Assembly: GCA_963704995.1 (NCBI GenBank) | Contig: CAVPIM010000018.1 | Coordinates: forward strand, 238,484 to 302,483 | Length of the DNA: 64,000 bases | Direction of reading: 5' to 3' | From: an uncultured Actinomycetes bacterium | GTDB taxonomy: Bacteria; Actinomycetota; Actinomycetes; Streptosporangiales; Streptosporangiaceae | The notes under the pieces: model-generated | The model's database searches: none | What the model was told of the DNA's origin: nothing | What the model saw: the letters and a program-made list of their open reading frames with translations, nothing else | Shown here: one piece after another, positions 38,977 to 50,159 of the stretch | Numbering within the stretch: position 1 is the first letter of the stretch | Layout: every line of letters starts with the position of its first letter | Translations under genes and position numbers: made by a program

Positions 38977-41409
38977 GTGGCCAGGCCGGCGGACGGGGTC
39001 ACTGTCACCATCGACGGGTTCGAGATCACCGTGCCCAAGGGCACGCTGGTGATCCGCGCCGCGGAGCAGCTCGGCATCCAGATCCCCCGGTTCTGCGATC
39101 ACCCGCTGCTCGACCCGGTCGGCGCCTGCCGGCAGTGCCTGGTGCACATTGAGGGCCAGCCCAAGCCGCCGGCCTCCTGCACCACCACCTGCACCGACGG
39201 CATGGTGGTGCACACCCAGCTCACCTCGCCTGTGGCGGAGAAGGCGCAGCGCGGCATGATGGAGCTGCTGCTGATGAACCACCCGCTCGACTGCCCCATG
39301 TGCGACAAGGGCGGCGAGTGCCCGCTGCAGAACCAGGCCATGTCCACCGGGCAGGGTGAAACCAGGTTCGGCGGCATGAAGCGGACCTTCCCCAAGCCCA
39401 TCGCGCTGTCCACCGAGGTGCTGCTCGACCGCGAGCGGTGCATCCAGTGCGCCCGGTGCACCAGGTTCGCCGAGCAGATCGCCGGCGACCCGCTGATCGA
39501 GCTGCTCGAGCGCGGCCCGCAGGAGCAGGTGGGCGTGGCCGAGGGTGCGCCGTTCGACTCCTACTTCTCCGGGAACACGGTCCAGATCTGCCCGGTCGGC
39601 GCGCTGACCGGCGCCGCCTACCGGTTCCGGGCCCGGCCGTTCGACCTGGTGTCGGTGCCCAGTGTGTGCGAGCACTGCTCGGCGGGCTGCCGGCAGCGCA
39701 CCGACTACCGGCGCGGCGCGATCACCCGGCGGCTGGCCGGCAGCGACCCGCAGGTCAACGAGGAATGGAACTGCGACAAGGGCCGCTGGGCCTTCACCTA
39801 CGCCACCCAGCCGGACCGGCTGGCCGGCCCGCTGGTGCGCGGCGCCGACGGGGTCCTGACCCCGGCCTCCTGGCCCGAGGCCTTCGCCGCCGCCGCCCGC
39901 GGGCTGACCGCCGCGCACGGCCGGGCCGGTGTGCTGACCGGCGGCCGGCTGACCGCCGAGGATGCCTACGCTTACGCCAAGTTCGCGCGGGTGGCGCTGG
40001 GCACTAACGACATCGACATGCGGGCCCGCCCGCACTCGGCCGAGGAAGCGGAGTTCCTCGCGGCCAACGTGGCCGGCCGCGACATCGAGGTCAGCTACGC
40101 CGACCTGGAACGCGCTCCGGTGGTGCTGCTCGCCGGGTTCGAGCCCGACGACGAGTCACCCATCGTCTTCCTCCGGCTGCGTAAGGCGGCCCGGGCGGGC
40201 ACCCTGAGCGTGTACTCCATCGCCCCGCTGGCCAGCCGCGGGCTGACCCGGATGTCCGGGGTCCTGCTGCCCACCGTCCCGGGGGGCGAGGCCACCGCGC
40301 TGGGCAGCCTGATCAGCGGCACCGGACTGGATGAGAGTGGCCGGGCGGCCAAGGAAGCCCTGGCCGCCGACGGCGCCATTATCCTGGTCGGCGAGCGGCT
40401 GGCCGAAGTACCAGGGGCGCTCAGCGCCGCCGATCGGCTGGCCCGGGCGACCGGGGCCCGGCTGGCCTGGATTCCCCGCCGCGCGGGTGAGCGGGGGGCC
40501 ATCGAGGTCGGCGCGCTGCCGAACCTGCTGCCTGGCGGCCGCCTGGCCGCCAGCTCGCAGGCGCGGGTGGAGATGGCGCGGGCCTGGGGCGTGGCGTCGC
40601 TGCCCCCGCTGCCCGGCCGGGACACCACGCAGATCCTGGCCGCCGCGGCCGCGGGCGACATCGACGCGCTCGTGATCGCGGGCGTGGAACTGGACGACCT
40701 GCCCGACCCCGCGGCGGCCCGCGCGGCCCTGGAGGCCACCCCGTTCGTGGTCAGCCTGGAACTGCGGCCGAGCGCGGTCACCGACCGCGCCGACGTGGTC
40801 CTCCCGGTGGCGGCGGTCGCCGAGAAGCCGGGCACGTTCGTGAACTGGGAAGGCCGGCCAGGCACCTTCGGGGCGGTTATGGACGTCCCCGGCGTCGAAT
40901 CCGACCTGCACGTGCTGCGCCGGATCGCCGACGAGATGGACGTGCACCTGGGCCTGCCGGACGCCGCCGCGGCCCGCCAGGAACTCGCCGCGCTGGGCGT
41001 GGTGGGTGGTTCTTCGGCGGAGGCCGATCCGGCCGAGACCGGGCACGGGGCAGCGCTCGCCGCATCCCCCGACCCGGGCCCCGCGGAGCCTGCCGAGGGC
41101 GAGGCTCTCCTCGCCACCTGGCACCAGCTGCTGGACGCGGGCCGCATGCAGGACGGGGAGCCGTTCCTGGCCGGCACGGCCCGGCCGGTGGTGGCCCGGA
41201 TGTCAGCCGCGACCGCAGCGGAGGCCGGGACCTCGGACGGCGGTAAGGTCACTGTGGCCACCGAGCACGGGTCGCTGACCCTTCCGGTCGAGGTGGCCGT
41301 CATGCCGGACCGGGTGGTGTGGCTGCCGACCCGGTCGGCGGGATCGGAGATCCGGCGCGAGCTCGCGGCCGGGCACGGCAGCCTGGTGACCCTGAGGAGT
41401 GCGGAATGA
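38977..41409 (+). CDS. nuoG: NADH-quinone oxidoreductase subunit G
   Basis: Motifs ..[44 protein letters not shown] and [17 protein letters not shown], plus a molybdopterin-like domain. GTG 38977 is the first in-frame start. An ATG at 38883 (ATGA overlap with nuoF) is one frame off, so the N-terminus may be truncated by a frameshift. Confidence 0.9.
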   Translation: MARPADGVTVTIDGFEITVPKGTLVIRAAEQLGIQIPRFCDHPLLDPVGACRQCLVHIEGQPKPPASCTTTCTDGMVVHTQLTSPVAEKAQRGMMELLLMNHPLDCPMCDKGGECPLQNQAMSTGQGETRFGGMKRTFPKPIALSTEVLLDRERCIQCARCTRFAEQIAGDPLIELLERGPQEQVGVAEGAPFDSYFSGNTVQICPVGALTGAAYRFRARPFDLVSVPSVCEHCSAGCRQRTDYRRGAITRRLAGSDPQVNEEWNCDKGRWAFTYATQPDRLAGPLVRGADGVLTPASWPEAFAAAARGLTAAHGRAGVLTGGRLTAEDAYAYAKFARVALGTNDIDMRARPHSAEEAEFLAANVAGRDIEVSYADLERAPVVLLAGFEPDDESPIVFLRLRKAARAGTLSVYSIAPLASRGLTRMSGVLLPTVPGGEATALGSLISGTGLDESGRAAKEALAADGAIILVGERLAEVPGALSAADRLARATGARLAWIPRRAGERGAIEVGALPNLLPGGRLAASSQARVEMARAWGVASLPPLPGRDTTQILAAAAAGDIDALVIAGVELDDLPDPAAARAALEATPFVVSLELRPSAVTDRADVVLPVAAVAEKPGTFVNWEGRPGTFGAVMDVPGVESDLHVLRRIADEMDVHLGLPDAAAARQELAALGVVGGSSAEADPAETGHGAALAASPDPGPAEPAEGEALLATWHQLLDAGRMQDGEPFLAGTARPVVARMSAATAAEAGTSDGGKVTVATEHGSLTLPVEVAVMPDRVVWLPTRSAGSEIRRELAAGHGSLVTLRSAE

Positions 41410-42884
41410 ACGGCCTGGCCAGCGTGGCGGACCGGGGCCTGGCGGCGGCCGCCGCCGGCCATGCCCCCGGGCTCGCGGCGGCTGATCCGACCCTGGCCAG
41501 CTTCTATCACCAGCCCTGGTGGCTGGTGGTCATCAAGGTGCTGTTCGTCTTCCTCTTCCTGATGATCATGACGCTGTTCGCGATCTGGGCGGAGCGGCGG
41601 ATCATCGGCCGGATGCAGCAGCGGCCGGGGCCGAACCGGGCCGGCCCGTTCGGCCTGCTCCAGTCGCTCATGGACGGCATCAAGCTGCCGCTGAAGGAAG
41701 ACATCATCCCGACTCACGTGGACAAGCTGCTGTTCTGGCTGGCCCCCGCGATCGCGGTGATCCCCGCGTTCGTCAGCTTCGCGATCATCCCGTTCGGCCC
41801 CGAGGTCTCGATCTTCGGCGTGCAGACCCCGCTGCAGCTCGCCGACCTGCCCGTGGCCGTCCTGCTGGTGCTGGCCATGAGCTCGATGGCGGTCTACGGG
41901 ATCGTGCTGGCCGGGATGGGCGTCGGAGTCCCCGTACCCGCTGCTGGGCGGGCTGCGCTCGTCGGCCCAGGTGATCAGCTACGAGATCGCGATGGGGCTG
42001 TCGTTCGTCGCGGTCTTCCTGTACTCGGGCTCGCTGTCCACCACGGCCATCGTGGCCAAGCAGTCCGGGGCCAATACCGCGTTCCACCTGTTCGGCGCGG
42101 TCCTGCACTGGCCGTCCTGGTACGCGGTGCTGCTGTTCCCGTCGTTCGTGATCTACGTGATCACCATGGTCGGCGAGACCAACCGGCTGCCGTTCGACCT
42201 GCCCGAAGGCGAGGGCGAGCTGGTCGGCGGGTTCCACACCGAGTACTCCTCGCTCAAGTTCGCCCTGTTCTACCTGGGCGAGTACATCAACATGACCACG
42301 GTCGCGGGGCTGGCCACCACGCTGTTCCTGGGTGGCTGGCGGGCTCCCTGGCCGATCAGCGTGTGGCCCGACGCGAACACCGGCTGGTAGCCGCTGATCT
42401 GGTTCCTGGTCAAGGTACTGATCGTGCTGTTCTTCTTCGTGTGGCTGCGCGGCACGCTGCCCCGGATCCGCTACGACCAGCTGATGCGGTTCGGCTGGAA
42501 GGTGCTCATCCCGGTCTCGCTGGTCTGGATCCTGGTCATCGCGACCATCCGGGTCTGGCGCACGCACGGCGGCAGCCCGGCCGTCTACACCGTGGCCGGC
42601 CTGCTCGTCGTCGCGCTGCTGACGCTGCTGTTCATGGGCGACGCGGCCGCGCAGCGGCGTGGCCCAGGCCGCCGAGGAGGCGGCCGCCCAGGCGGGCCTG
42701 CCCCTGGAGGCGGAAGCAGCCGCGGGCGAGCCGGGTCCCGCCGACTGGCGGGCCGGGCTTCCCGGTTCCGCCCATGGACCTGCCGCACTACCACGGGGTC
42801 GGGGTGAACGTGTCCCCCTCGGAGGTCACCCCGGCGGAGTCCGGCGAGTCCCGGGCCACGACGAAGGAGGTGACCGGTGCCTGA
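41406..42884 (+). pseudogene. nuoH: NADH-quinone oxidoreductase subunit H, three frameshifts plus an in-frame TAG
   Basis: Recognisable NuoH sequence runs frame 0 (41406 to about 41915: ..[20 protein letters not shown]...DGIKL..KED), then frame 1 (..[25 protein letters not shown]...[15 protein letters not shown]..). It hits TAG at 42388-42390 where W is conserved (GW*PLIWF), continues in frame 1 ([15 protein letters not shown]), then frame 2 from about 42658 and frame 0 from about 42749 ([14 protein letters not shown]..). It ends at the TGA overlapping the nuoI start. Confidence 0.9.
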
Positions 42885-43650
42885 GTTCCTGGGCCCCATC
42901 AAAGGATTCGGGACCACCTTCCGGACGATGTTCGAGAAGGTGGACACCGTCCAGTACCCGGAGGAGAAGAACCCGACCGCGCCCCGCTTCCACGGCCGCC
43001 ACCAGCTCAACCGCTGGCCGGACGGGCTGGAGAAGTGCATCGGCTGCGAGCTGTGCGCCTGGGCCTGCCCGGCGGACGCGATCTACGTGGAAGGCGGCGA
43101 CAACACGCCGGAGGAGCGGTATTCCCCCGGCGAGCGGTACGGCGCCGTCTACCAGATCAACTACCTGCGCTGCATCCTCTGCGGGCTGTGCGTGGAAGCG
43201 TGCCCGACCCGGGCGCTGACCATGACCAACGAGTACGAGCTCGCGGACGACAGCCGGGAGAGCCTGATCTGGACCAAGGAGCAGCTGCTCGCCCCGCTGC
43301 TGCCCGGCATGGAGCAGCCCCCGCACGACATGCGCCTCGGCAAGACCGAGCGGGACTACTACAACCTCCGCTCGGCCGGCGTCGTCGCGGAACCCGACCT
43401 GGCCCCGGGGTCGGAAGGGGAGGCCGGGGTGCCAGCCGGGGAGGCCCGGCGGAAGCGAGCCCGGGCGAGACCGGGCCCGCCGCCGGCGTGGACGACCGGC
43501 CGGGCGAGACCGGCGTCGGCGATGAGCCAGGAGACGTGCAGCAGTGATGCACGGCGGCGTCCTGGCCATCAGCGACGTGGCCTCCACCACCCAGCAGATC
43601 ACCTTCTGGCTGCTGGCCGTGGTGTCGGTCGACCGCGGCGCTCGGCATGA
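42877..43650 (+). CDS. nuoI: NADH-quinone oxidoreductase subunit I (3' end uncertain)
   Basis: It carries two 4Fe-4S ferredoxin motifs, [12 protein letters not shown] and [12 protein letters not shown]. After about residue 185 the frame-1 tail becomes Arg-rich and overlaps nuoJ by 107 nt. An alternative frame ends at TGA 43545-43547, overlapping the nuoJ GTG at 43544 by 4 nt (GTGA). Confidence 0.85.
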   Translation: MPEFLGPIKGFGTTFRTMFEKVDTVQYPEEKNPTAPRFHGRHQLNRWPDGLEKCIGCELCAWACPADAIYVEGGDNTPEERYSPGERYGAVYQINYLRCILCGLCVEACPTRALTMTNEYELADDSRESLIWTKEQLLAPLLPGMEQPPHDMRLGKTERDYYNLRSAGVVAEPDLAPGSEGEAGVPAGEARRKRARARPGPPPAWTTGRARPASAMSQETCSSDARRRPGHQRRGLHHPADHLLAAGRGVGRPRRSA

Positions 43651-44357
43651 TCCTGGTCCCCAAGGCCGTGTACTGCGCGGTGCTGCTGGCCGTCGTGATG
43701 CTCTCGCTGGCCGCCCTGTACGCCCTGCAGAACGCGCCGTTCCTGGCCTTCGTCCAGGTCATCGTCTACACCGGCGCGGTGCTCATGCTGTTCCTGTTCG
43801 TCCTGATGATCGTGGGTATCCGGGCGAAGGACTCCATCGTGGAGACCATCAAGGGCCAGCGGGTCGCCGCCGGGCTGGCCGGCATCGGCCTGCTGGTGCT
43901 GCTCTCCCTGACCGTGGGGCACGCCGTCCTGGGGAGCGCCGCGCCGGCCGGGCCGTCGTTCGGCGCGAACAACCTGTACGCGATCGCCAGGCTGATCTTC
44001 ACCACGTACGTGTTCCCGTTCGAGGTGACCAGCGCCCTGCTGATCACCGCCGCGCTCGGGGCCATGGTGCTGGCGCACCGCGAGCGCATCACGCCCAAGC
44101 TGACCCAGCGTGACCTGTCCCGGCTCCGGGTGGCCAGCGGGCGGCCGGCCCCGCTGTCCGGCCCCGGGACGTACGCGCGGCACAACGCCGTGGACATGCC
44201 CGCCCTGCTGCCGGACGGCACCCCGGCCGAGTCCTCGGTCCCGTCCGCGATCAGGGGGGTGCCCGAGACACCTGACCAGCGGCGCACGCTGCTGGGCAGC
44301 AGCGCCGCGGTGCGTGGTGACTCCGGCGCCGAGCCCGGCCAGGAAGGTGACGCCTGA
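43544..44357 (+). pseudogene. nuoJ: NADH-quinone oxidoreductase subunit J, frameshifted near 43631
   Basis: Frame 2 reads ..[13 protein letters not shown]. From 43632, frame 0 reads [58 protein letters not shown]. One stray nt (g at 43631) separates them. Length is 814, which is 1 mod 3. Confidence 0.85.
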
Positions 44358-44656
44358 TGAGCCCGGGGAATTTCGTGGCGCTCGCCGTGATCCTGTTCGT
44401 GATCGGCGCGGTGGGCGTCCTGGTGCGGCGCAACGCGATGGTGATCTTCATGTGCGTCGAGCTCATGCTCAACGCGGTCAACCTCGCGTTCGTGGCCTTC
44501 GCCAGGATGCACGGCAACCTGAGCGGCCAGGTCATCGCGTTCTTCGTGATGGTGGTCGCGGCCGCTGAGGTCGTGGTCGGCCTCGCGATCCTGATGGCGA
44601 TCTTCCGCACCCGCAGGTCCGCGTCGGTGGACGACGCGAACCTGCTGAAGTACTAG
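44357..44656 (+). CDS. nuoK: NADH-quinone oxidoreductase subunit K
   Basis: 99 aa with 3 TM segments. Motifs [17 protein letters not shown] and [18 protein letters not shown] overlap with nuoJ. Confidence 0.95.
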   Translation: MSPGNFVALAVILFVIGAVGVLVRRNAMVIFMCVELMLNAVNLAFVAFARMHGNLSGQVIAFFVMVVAAAEVVVGLAILMAIFRTRRSASVDDANLLKY

Positions 44657-44724
44657 CTCGGACCGGCTGACGTAGCAGGCTCGCTGACCCGATCAGGGCC
44701 TGCTGAAGCACGAGGAGTAGCGCA

Positions 44725-46687
44725 GTGACAGGCTCACTTGCGGTTGTGACACGGCCGCGACCACGGCCGCGGCCCACGCCGAGACCACCTTGCCTGCCGT
44801 CGGCGTGCAGCGGGCGGCGTGGCTGCTGCTCGTGTTCCCGCTGATCGGCGCGGTGGTGCTGCTGCTCGGCGGGAAGCGGACCGACCGCTGGGGGCACCTG
44901 CTGGGCGTGGCCATGCCGCTGGCCGCGTTCGTCTACGCGCTGATCGCGTTCGCCGCAGATGCTCGGCTACCCGGGTGATCAGCGCAGCCGGGACCTGCAG
45001 CTGTACTCCTGGATCACGGCCGGGACGTTCAAGGTGAACGTGGGCCTGCAGCTGGACCAGCTGTCGATCTGCTTCGTGCTGCTGATCACCGGGGTCGGCT
45101 CGCTGATCCACATCTTCTCGGTCGGCTACATGGCCCACGACCCCGGGCGGCGCCGGTTCTTCGGCTACATGAACCTGTTCCTGGCCGCCATGCTGCTGCT
45201 CGTCCTGGCCGACAACTACCTGGTGCTGTACGCCGGCTGGGAGGGCGTCGGCCTGGCCTCCTACCTGCTGATCGGGTTCTGGCAGTACAAGCCGACCGCG
45301 GCCGTGGCGGCCAAGAAGGCGTTCATCGCCAACCGGGTCGGTGACGCCGGGCTGTCCCTGGCCATCATGCTGATGTTCACCACGTTCGGCACGGTGACGT
45401 TCACCGGGGTGTTCTCCCACGCCGGGCAGGCCAGCTCCGGCGTGCTCACCGCCATCGGGCCTGCTGCTGCTGCTCGGCGCCTGCGGCAAGTCGGCCCAGC
45501 TGCCGCTGCAGTCCTGGCTGCTGGACGCGATGGAGGGCCCGACCCCCGTGTCGGCGCTCATCCACGCGGCCACCATGGTCACCGCGGGCGTCTACCTGAT
45601 CGTCCGGTCCGGCCCGATCTTCGACCTGAGCGCGGACGCCCGGCTGGCCGTGACCATCGTCGGCGCGGCCACGCTGCTGTTCGGCGCGATCATCAGCTGC
45701 GCCAAGGACGACATCAAGAAGGCGCTGGCCGGGTCGACCATGAGCCAGATCGGCTACATGATGCTGGCCGCCGGGATCGGGCCCGCCGGCTACCCGTTCG
45801 CGATCGCGCTGCTCCTCGCGCACGGGTTCTACAAGGCCGGCCTGTTCCTCGACGCCGGGTCGATCATGCACGGGATGAACGACGAGGTGGACATGCGCCG
45901 CTACGGCGGCCTGTCCGCGGTCATGCGGATCACCTTCATCACGTTCGCGGCCTGCTACCTGGCCATCATCGGCATCCCCCCGTTCTCCGGGTTCTTCGCC
46001 AAGGACACGGTGATCGACGCCGCGTATCCACGAGGGCGGCACCACGGGCTGGATCGTGGGCATCTGCGCGGTGATCGGCGCGGGCCTCACCGCGTTCTAC
46101 ATGACCCGGGTCATGTTCATGACCTTCGTCGGGAAGCGCCGCTGGGCGGAGGACGCCCACCCGCACGAGGCGCCCCGGTGATGACCTGGCCGGTGATCCT
46201 GCTGGCCATCGGGGCCGTGGGGTTCGGTGCCTTCGAGATCCTCGGCGACCGGCTGGCGAAGTTCCTCGGCCCGGTGACGCGGTTACATCCCGCCCGAGCC
46301 GGCCGATCTTCAGTACCTGCCGGCATCGTGGCGCTGGTCCTGATCGTGATCGGGATCGGGGTGCTGGCGTGGGCGCTGTACGGCCGCCGGCCGGTGCCGG
46401 ACACCGCCCCGGCCGCCGGGTTCCCGGTCACCGCCGCGCGCAAGGACCTGTACGGGGACGCGATCAACGAGTCCCTGCTGATGCGGCCCGGGCAGTGGCT
46501 GACCCGGCTGTCGGTGTACTTCGACAACCGCGGCGTGGACGGCCTGGTCAACACGGTGGCCGCGGTCATCGGCGGCACGTCGGGACGGCTGCGGCGGATC
46601 CAGACCGGCTTCGTCCGCTCCTACGCCCTGTCCATGTTCCTCGGCGGGGTGCTGCTGGTCGGCGCCCTCCTGCTGGCGAGAATCTAG
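44725..46687 (+). pseudogene. nuoL: NADH-quinone oxidoreductase subunit L, at least four (probably five) frameshifts
   Basis: NuoL-like sequence hops frames at about 44955, 45457-45459 (extra G; restores ..TAIG|[40 protein letters not shown]), 46025 and 46176. The last two compensate each other and hide about 50 aa ([34 protein letters not shown]) inside track ORF 45530-46687. GTG 44725 has a GAGGAG SD 7 nt upstream but is one frame off the TTG at 44790, giving a putative fifth lesion near 44750. Confidence 0.85.
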
Positions 46688-46700
46688 GAGACCACGGCTC

Positions 46701-48338
46701 ATGAGCACGTTTCCCTGGCTGACCGTGATCGGCGCGGTGCCCTTGGCCGGCGCGCTGGTGATCGCCGTGACGCCGGGTGTCTCCGCGCCGGGCAGCGAGG
46801 CGGACCGGGCGGCCCGGCGCCTGCTCGTCAAGCGGCTGGCGCTGGTGTTCTCGGTGATCACGCTGGGGCTGACCATCGCCATGATGGTCGCCTTCTCGCC
46901 GCACGGGAACGAGTTCCAGTTCACCCAGACCTACCAGTGGATCCCGCAGTTCGGCGTGCACTACGCGGTCGGCGTGGACGGGATCGCGCTGGTGCTGATC
47001 GCCATGACCGCGGTGCTGATGCCCGTGGTCATCCTGGCCTCGTGGAACGACGCGGACCCGCCAGAGGGCCAGGAGGCGGCCCCGGCCGCCGGTGAGGGCC
47101 CCGCGCCCCGGCCCCGGCGCAGCGCGAAGACCTACTTCGCGCTGCTGCTGGTGCTGGAAACCATGATGATCGGCGTGTTCGCGGCCACCGACGTCTTCCT
47201 GTTCTACGTGTTCTTCGAGGCCATGCTGATCCCGATGTACTTCCTGATCGGCAGCTTCGGGACCGGCCAGCGCCAGTACGCCGCGGTCAAGTTCCTGCTC
47301 TACAGCCTGTTCGGCGGCCTGCTCATGCTGGTCGCGGTCATCGCGCTGTACGTCTACTCCGGCCACGGCGGCCACCCCGGCACGTTCCTGTTCACCCAGC
47401 TCACCCACGTGACGTTCAGCCCCACCGTGCAGAAGTGGCTGTTCCTGGGCTTCTTCATCGCGTTCGCCATCAAGGCCCCGCTGTGGCCGTTCCACACCTG
47501 GCTGCCGGACGCCGCCACCGCGTCCCAGCCCGGCACGGCGGTGCTGCTGGTCGGCGTGATGGACAAGGTCGGCACGTTCGGGATGATCCGGTACTGCCTG
47601 CAGCTGTTCCCGGCCGCCTCCCGCTACTTCACGCCGCTGATCCTGGTGCTCGCGGTGATCGGGATCCTGTACGGGGCGATCGTGGCCATCGGCCAGCGGG
47701 ACCTCAAACGCCTCATCGCGTACACCTCGATCTCGCACTTCGGCTTCATCGTGCTCGGCATCTTCGCGCTCACCACGCAGGCCCAGACCGGCGCCACGCT
47801 CTACATGGTCAATCACGCGTTCGCCACCGGGGCGCTGTTCCTGGTCGCCGGCTTCATGATCGCCCGCCGCCGGTCGCAGCGGATCGCCGACTACGGCGGC
47901 GTGTACCAGGTGGCCCCGGTCATGGCCGGCCTGTTCCTGGTCGCCGGCCTGGCCGGGCTGTCCCTGCCCGGGCTGTCCACCTTCGTCAGCGAGTTCCTCG
48001 TCCTCATCGGCACGTTCAGCCGGTACAAGGTGGCCGCCTCGTTCGCCACCGCGGGCATCATCCTGGCCGCGATCTACATCCTGTGGATGTACCAGCGCAC
48101 GATGACCGGGCCGGTCCGCCAGGAGGTCGCGGACATGCCCGACCTGCGGCCCCGCGAGCTGTGGGCCGTCGGGCCGCTGATCGCGGTGCTCATCGTCTTC
48201 GGCGTGTACCCGAAGCCCCTGCTCGACGTCATCAACCCGGCGGTGCACGACACGCTGTCCCAGGTGCACGTGACCGACCCGCGGCCCCAGCATCCCGGCC
48301 CCCCGACTGAGATCGTCTATCGCGGCTGGCGGCGGTAA
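46701..48338 (+). CDS. nuoM: NADH-quinone oxidoreductase subunit M
   Basis: 545 aa, apparently intact. Motifs FYVFFEAMLIPMYFLIG, FAIKAPLWPFHTWLPDA and KRLIAYTSISHFGF. Confidence 0.95.
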   Translation: MSTFPWLTVIGAVPLAGALVIAVTPGVSAPGSEADRAARRLLVKRLALVFSVITLGLTIAMMVAFSPHGNEFQFTQTYQWIPQFGVHYAVGVDGIALVLIAMTAVLMPVVILASWNDADPPEGQEAAPAAGEGPAPRPRRSAKTYFALLLVLETMMIGVFAATDVFLFYVFFEAMLIPMYFLIGSFGTGQRQYAAVKFLLYSLFGGLLMLVAVIALYVYSGHGGHPGTFLFTQLTHVTFSPTVQKWLFLGFFIAFAIKAPLWPFHTWLPDAATASQPGTAVLLVGVMDKVGTFGMIRYCLQLFPAASRYFTPLILVLAVIGILYGAIVAIGQRDLKRLIAYTSISHFGFIVLGIFALTTQAQTGATLYMVNHAFATGALFLVAGFMIARRRSQRIADYGGVYQVAPVMAGLFLVAGLAGLSLPGLSTFVSEFLVLIGTFSRYKVAASFATAGIILAAIYILWMYQRTMTGPVRQEVADMPDLRPRELWAVGPLIAVLIVFGVYPKPLLDVINPAVHDTLSQVHVTDPRPQHPGPPTEIVYRGWRR

Positions 48339-48348
48339 AACCGTTGTC

Positions 48349-49982
48349 ATGAGCGACCGGCGCGCAGCAGATCCAGAAGGGAAGCACCCCGTGACCGGGT
48401 CCCTCGCGGTGGCGACGATCACCCCGCCGCACATCGAGTACGGCCAGCTCTCGCCGCTGCTGCTGGTCTTCGGCCTGGGCGTGGTCGGCGTCCTGATCGA
48501 GGCCTTCGTGCCCCGCGAGCTGCGCCGCCCCGCCCACCTGATCATCACGCTGGGCGGCCTGGCCGTGGCCTTCGTGCTCACGATCGTGGTCGCCGCCACC
48601 TCGTCGCTGTTCGCCCACGGCGGGCACGGGAATGTCCGCGGCGATGGGTGCGGTCGGCGTGGACGGCCCGACGCTGTTCGTCTGGGGCACGATCCTCGTG
48701 CTGGCGTTCGTCAGCGTGCTGCTGATCGCGGACTCCTCCCGCGACGACCAGACGTTCGTGGCGCAGGCGGCCACCACCCCCGGCAGCGCCGAGGAGCGGG
48801 CCGCCCAGCTGGCCGGCGTGGTGCACACCGAGATCTACCCGCTGACGCTGTTCGCGGTGGCGGGCATGCTGCTGTTCCCGGCGTCCAACGACCTGCTCAC
48901 GATGTTCGTCGCGCTGGAAGTGCTCTCCCTGCCGCTGTACCTGCTGTGCGGGCTCTCCCGGCGGCGCCGCCTGCTGTCGCAGGAAGCCTCCATGAAGTAC
49001 TTCCTGCTCGGGGCGTTCTCCTCGGCGTTCTTCCTGTTCGGCGTGGCCATGCTGTACGGCTACGCCGGCTCGGTGTCGCTGTCGGCCATCGCGACGGCGG
49101 CGGCCAGCAACGTGGGCAGCCTGACCCTGCTCTACGCGGGCATGGCCCTGCTCGGCATCGGCCTGCTGTTCAAGATCGGGGCGGTCCCGTTCCAGAGCTG
49201 GAAGCCCGACGTCTACCAGGGCGCCCCGACCCCGGTCACCGCGCTGATGGCCTCGTGCACCCTGGTCTCCGCGTTCGGCGCGCTGCTGCGGGTCTTCTAC
49301 GTGGCGTTCGGCCAGCTCACCTGGGACTGGCGGCCGGCGATGTGGGGCGTGGCCATCCTGACCATGGTGGTCGGTGCGATCATCGCGATCACCCAGACCG
49401 ACGTGAAGCGGCTGCTCGCCTACTCGTCCATCGCGCACGGCGGCTTCGTCCTGACCGGCGTGATCGCCGCGAGCGTGGCCGGCCTGTCCAGCAGCCTCTT
49501 CTATCTGGCGGTGTACGGGTTCACCACGATCGGTGCGTTTGCGGTCGTCACGCTCGTCCGTGACCAGGCGGGCGAGGCCGGGCACCTGTCCAGCTGGGCC
49601 GGCCTCGGGCGGCGCTCGCCGCTGGTGGCCGGCGTGTTCGCCTTCTTCCTGCTGGCGTTCGCCGGTATCCCGCTGACCAGCGGGTTCACCGGGAAGTTCG
49701 CGGTGTTCCAGGCGGCCATCGCCGGTGGTGCGACCCCGCTGGTGATCGTGGGCGTGATCGCCAGTGCCGTCGCCGCGTTCTTCTACGTCCGGGTGATCGT
49801 GCTCATGTTCTTCAGCGACCCGGCCCCGGCCGGTCCCGCGGTGGTGACGGTGGTCGACCCCCGGGGTGTTCACCGGGGCGGCCGTGGCCATCGGGGTGAT
49901 CACCACGCTGGTGTTCGGTATCTACCCCCAGCCCCTGCTCAACCTGGCGAACCATGCGGCCGCGCACCTGTTCGTCCGCTGA
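48349..49982 (+). pseudogene. nuoN: NADH-quinone oxidoreductase subunit N, two frameshifts (about 48631 and C-run 49859-49862)
   Basis: The N-terminus is in frame 1 (..ITPPHIEYGQLSPLLLVFG..). The body is in frame 2 (..GAVGVDGPTLF...LEVLSLPLYLLCG...FKIGAVPFQSWKPDVYQGAPTP..KRLLAYSSIAHGGF). The last about 40 aa (PGVFTGAAVAIGVITTLVFGIYPQPLLNLANHAAAHLFVR*) are in frame 0, ending at TGA 49980-49982. Confidence 0.85.
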
Positions 49983-50159
49983 CCTGCCCGGGGCGCGTGC
50001 GCGTTCCGGGCCGGCCGGCGGGGTGTCCGGATACCTCGCAGGGGGCATATTCGGGACGGCGGTAGCTTGGGCCTGGCGCGAGGATGGCCTCGCCCGCCCG
50101 GGTCACGTCCGACCGAGGCGGTCCGTGACCGCCGCGATGACCGATGACCAGGAGCCCGA

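Noticed and set aside
41319-42884. Treating the 521-aa ORF as an intact protein
   Set aside because: Only its N-terminal about 170 and C-terminal about 45 residues (from 41406) are NuoH-like. The middle is out-of-frame junk, and the real NuoH core lies in ORFs 41971-42390 and 42424-42807.
46566-48599. 677-aa minus-strand ORF
   Set aside because: It mirrors nuoM (46701-48338), which has unmistakable antiporter-like subunit motifs. The antisense translation is His/Arg/Gly/Asp/Gln-rich low complexity.
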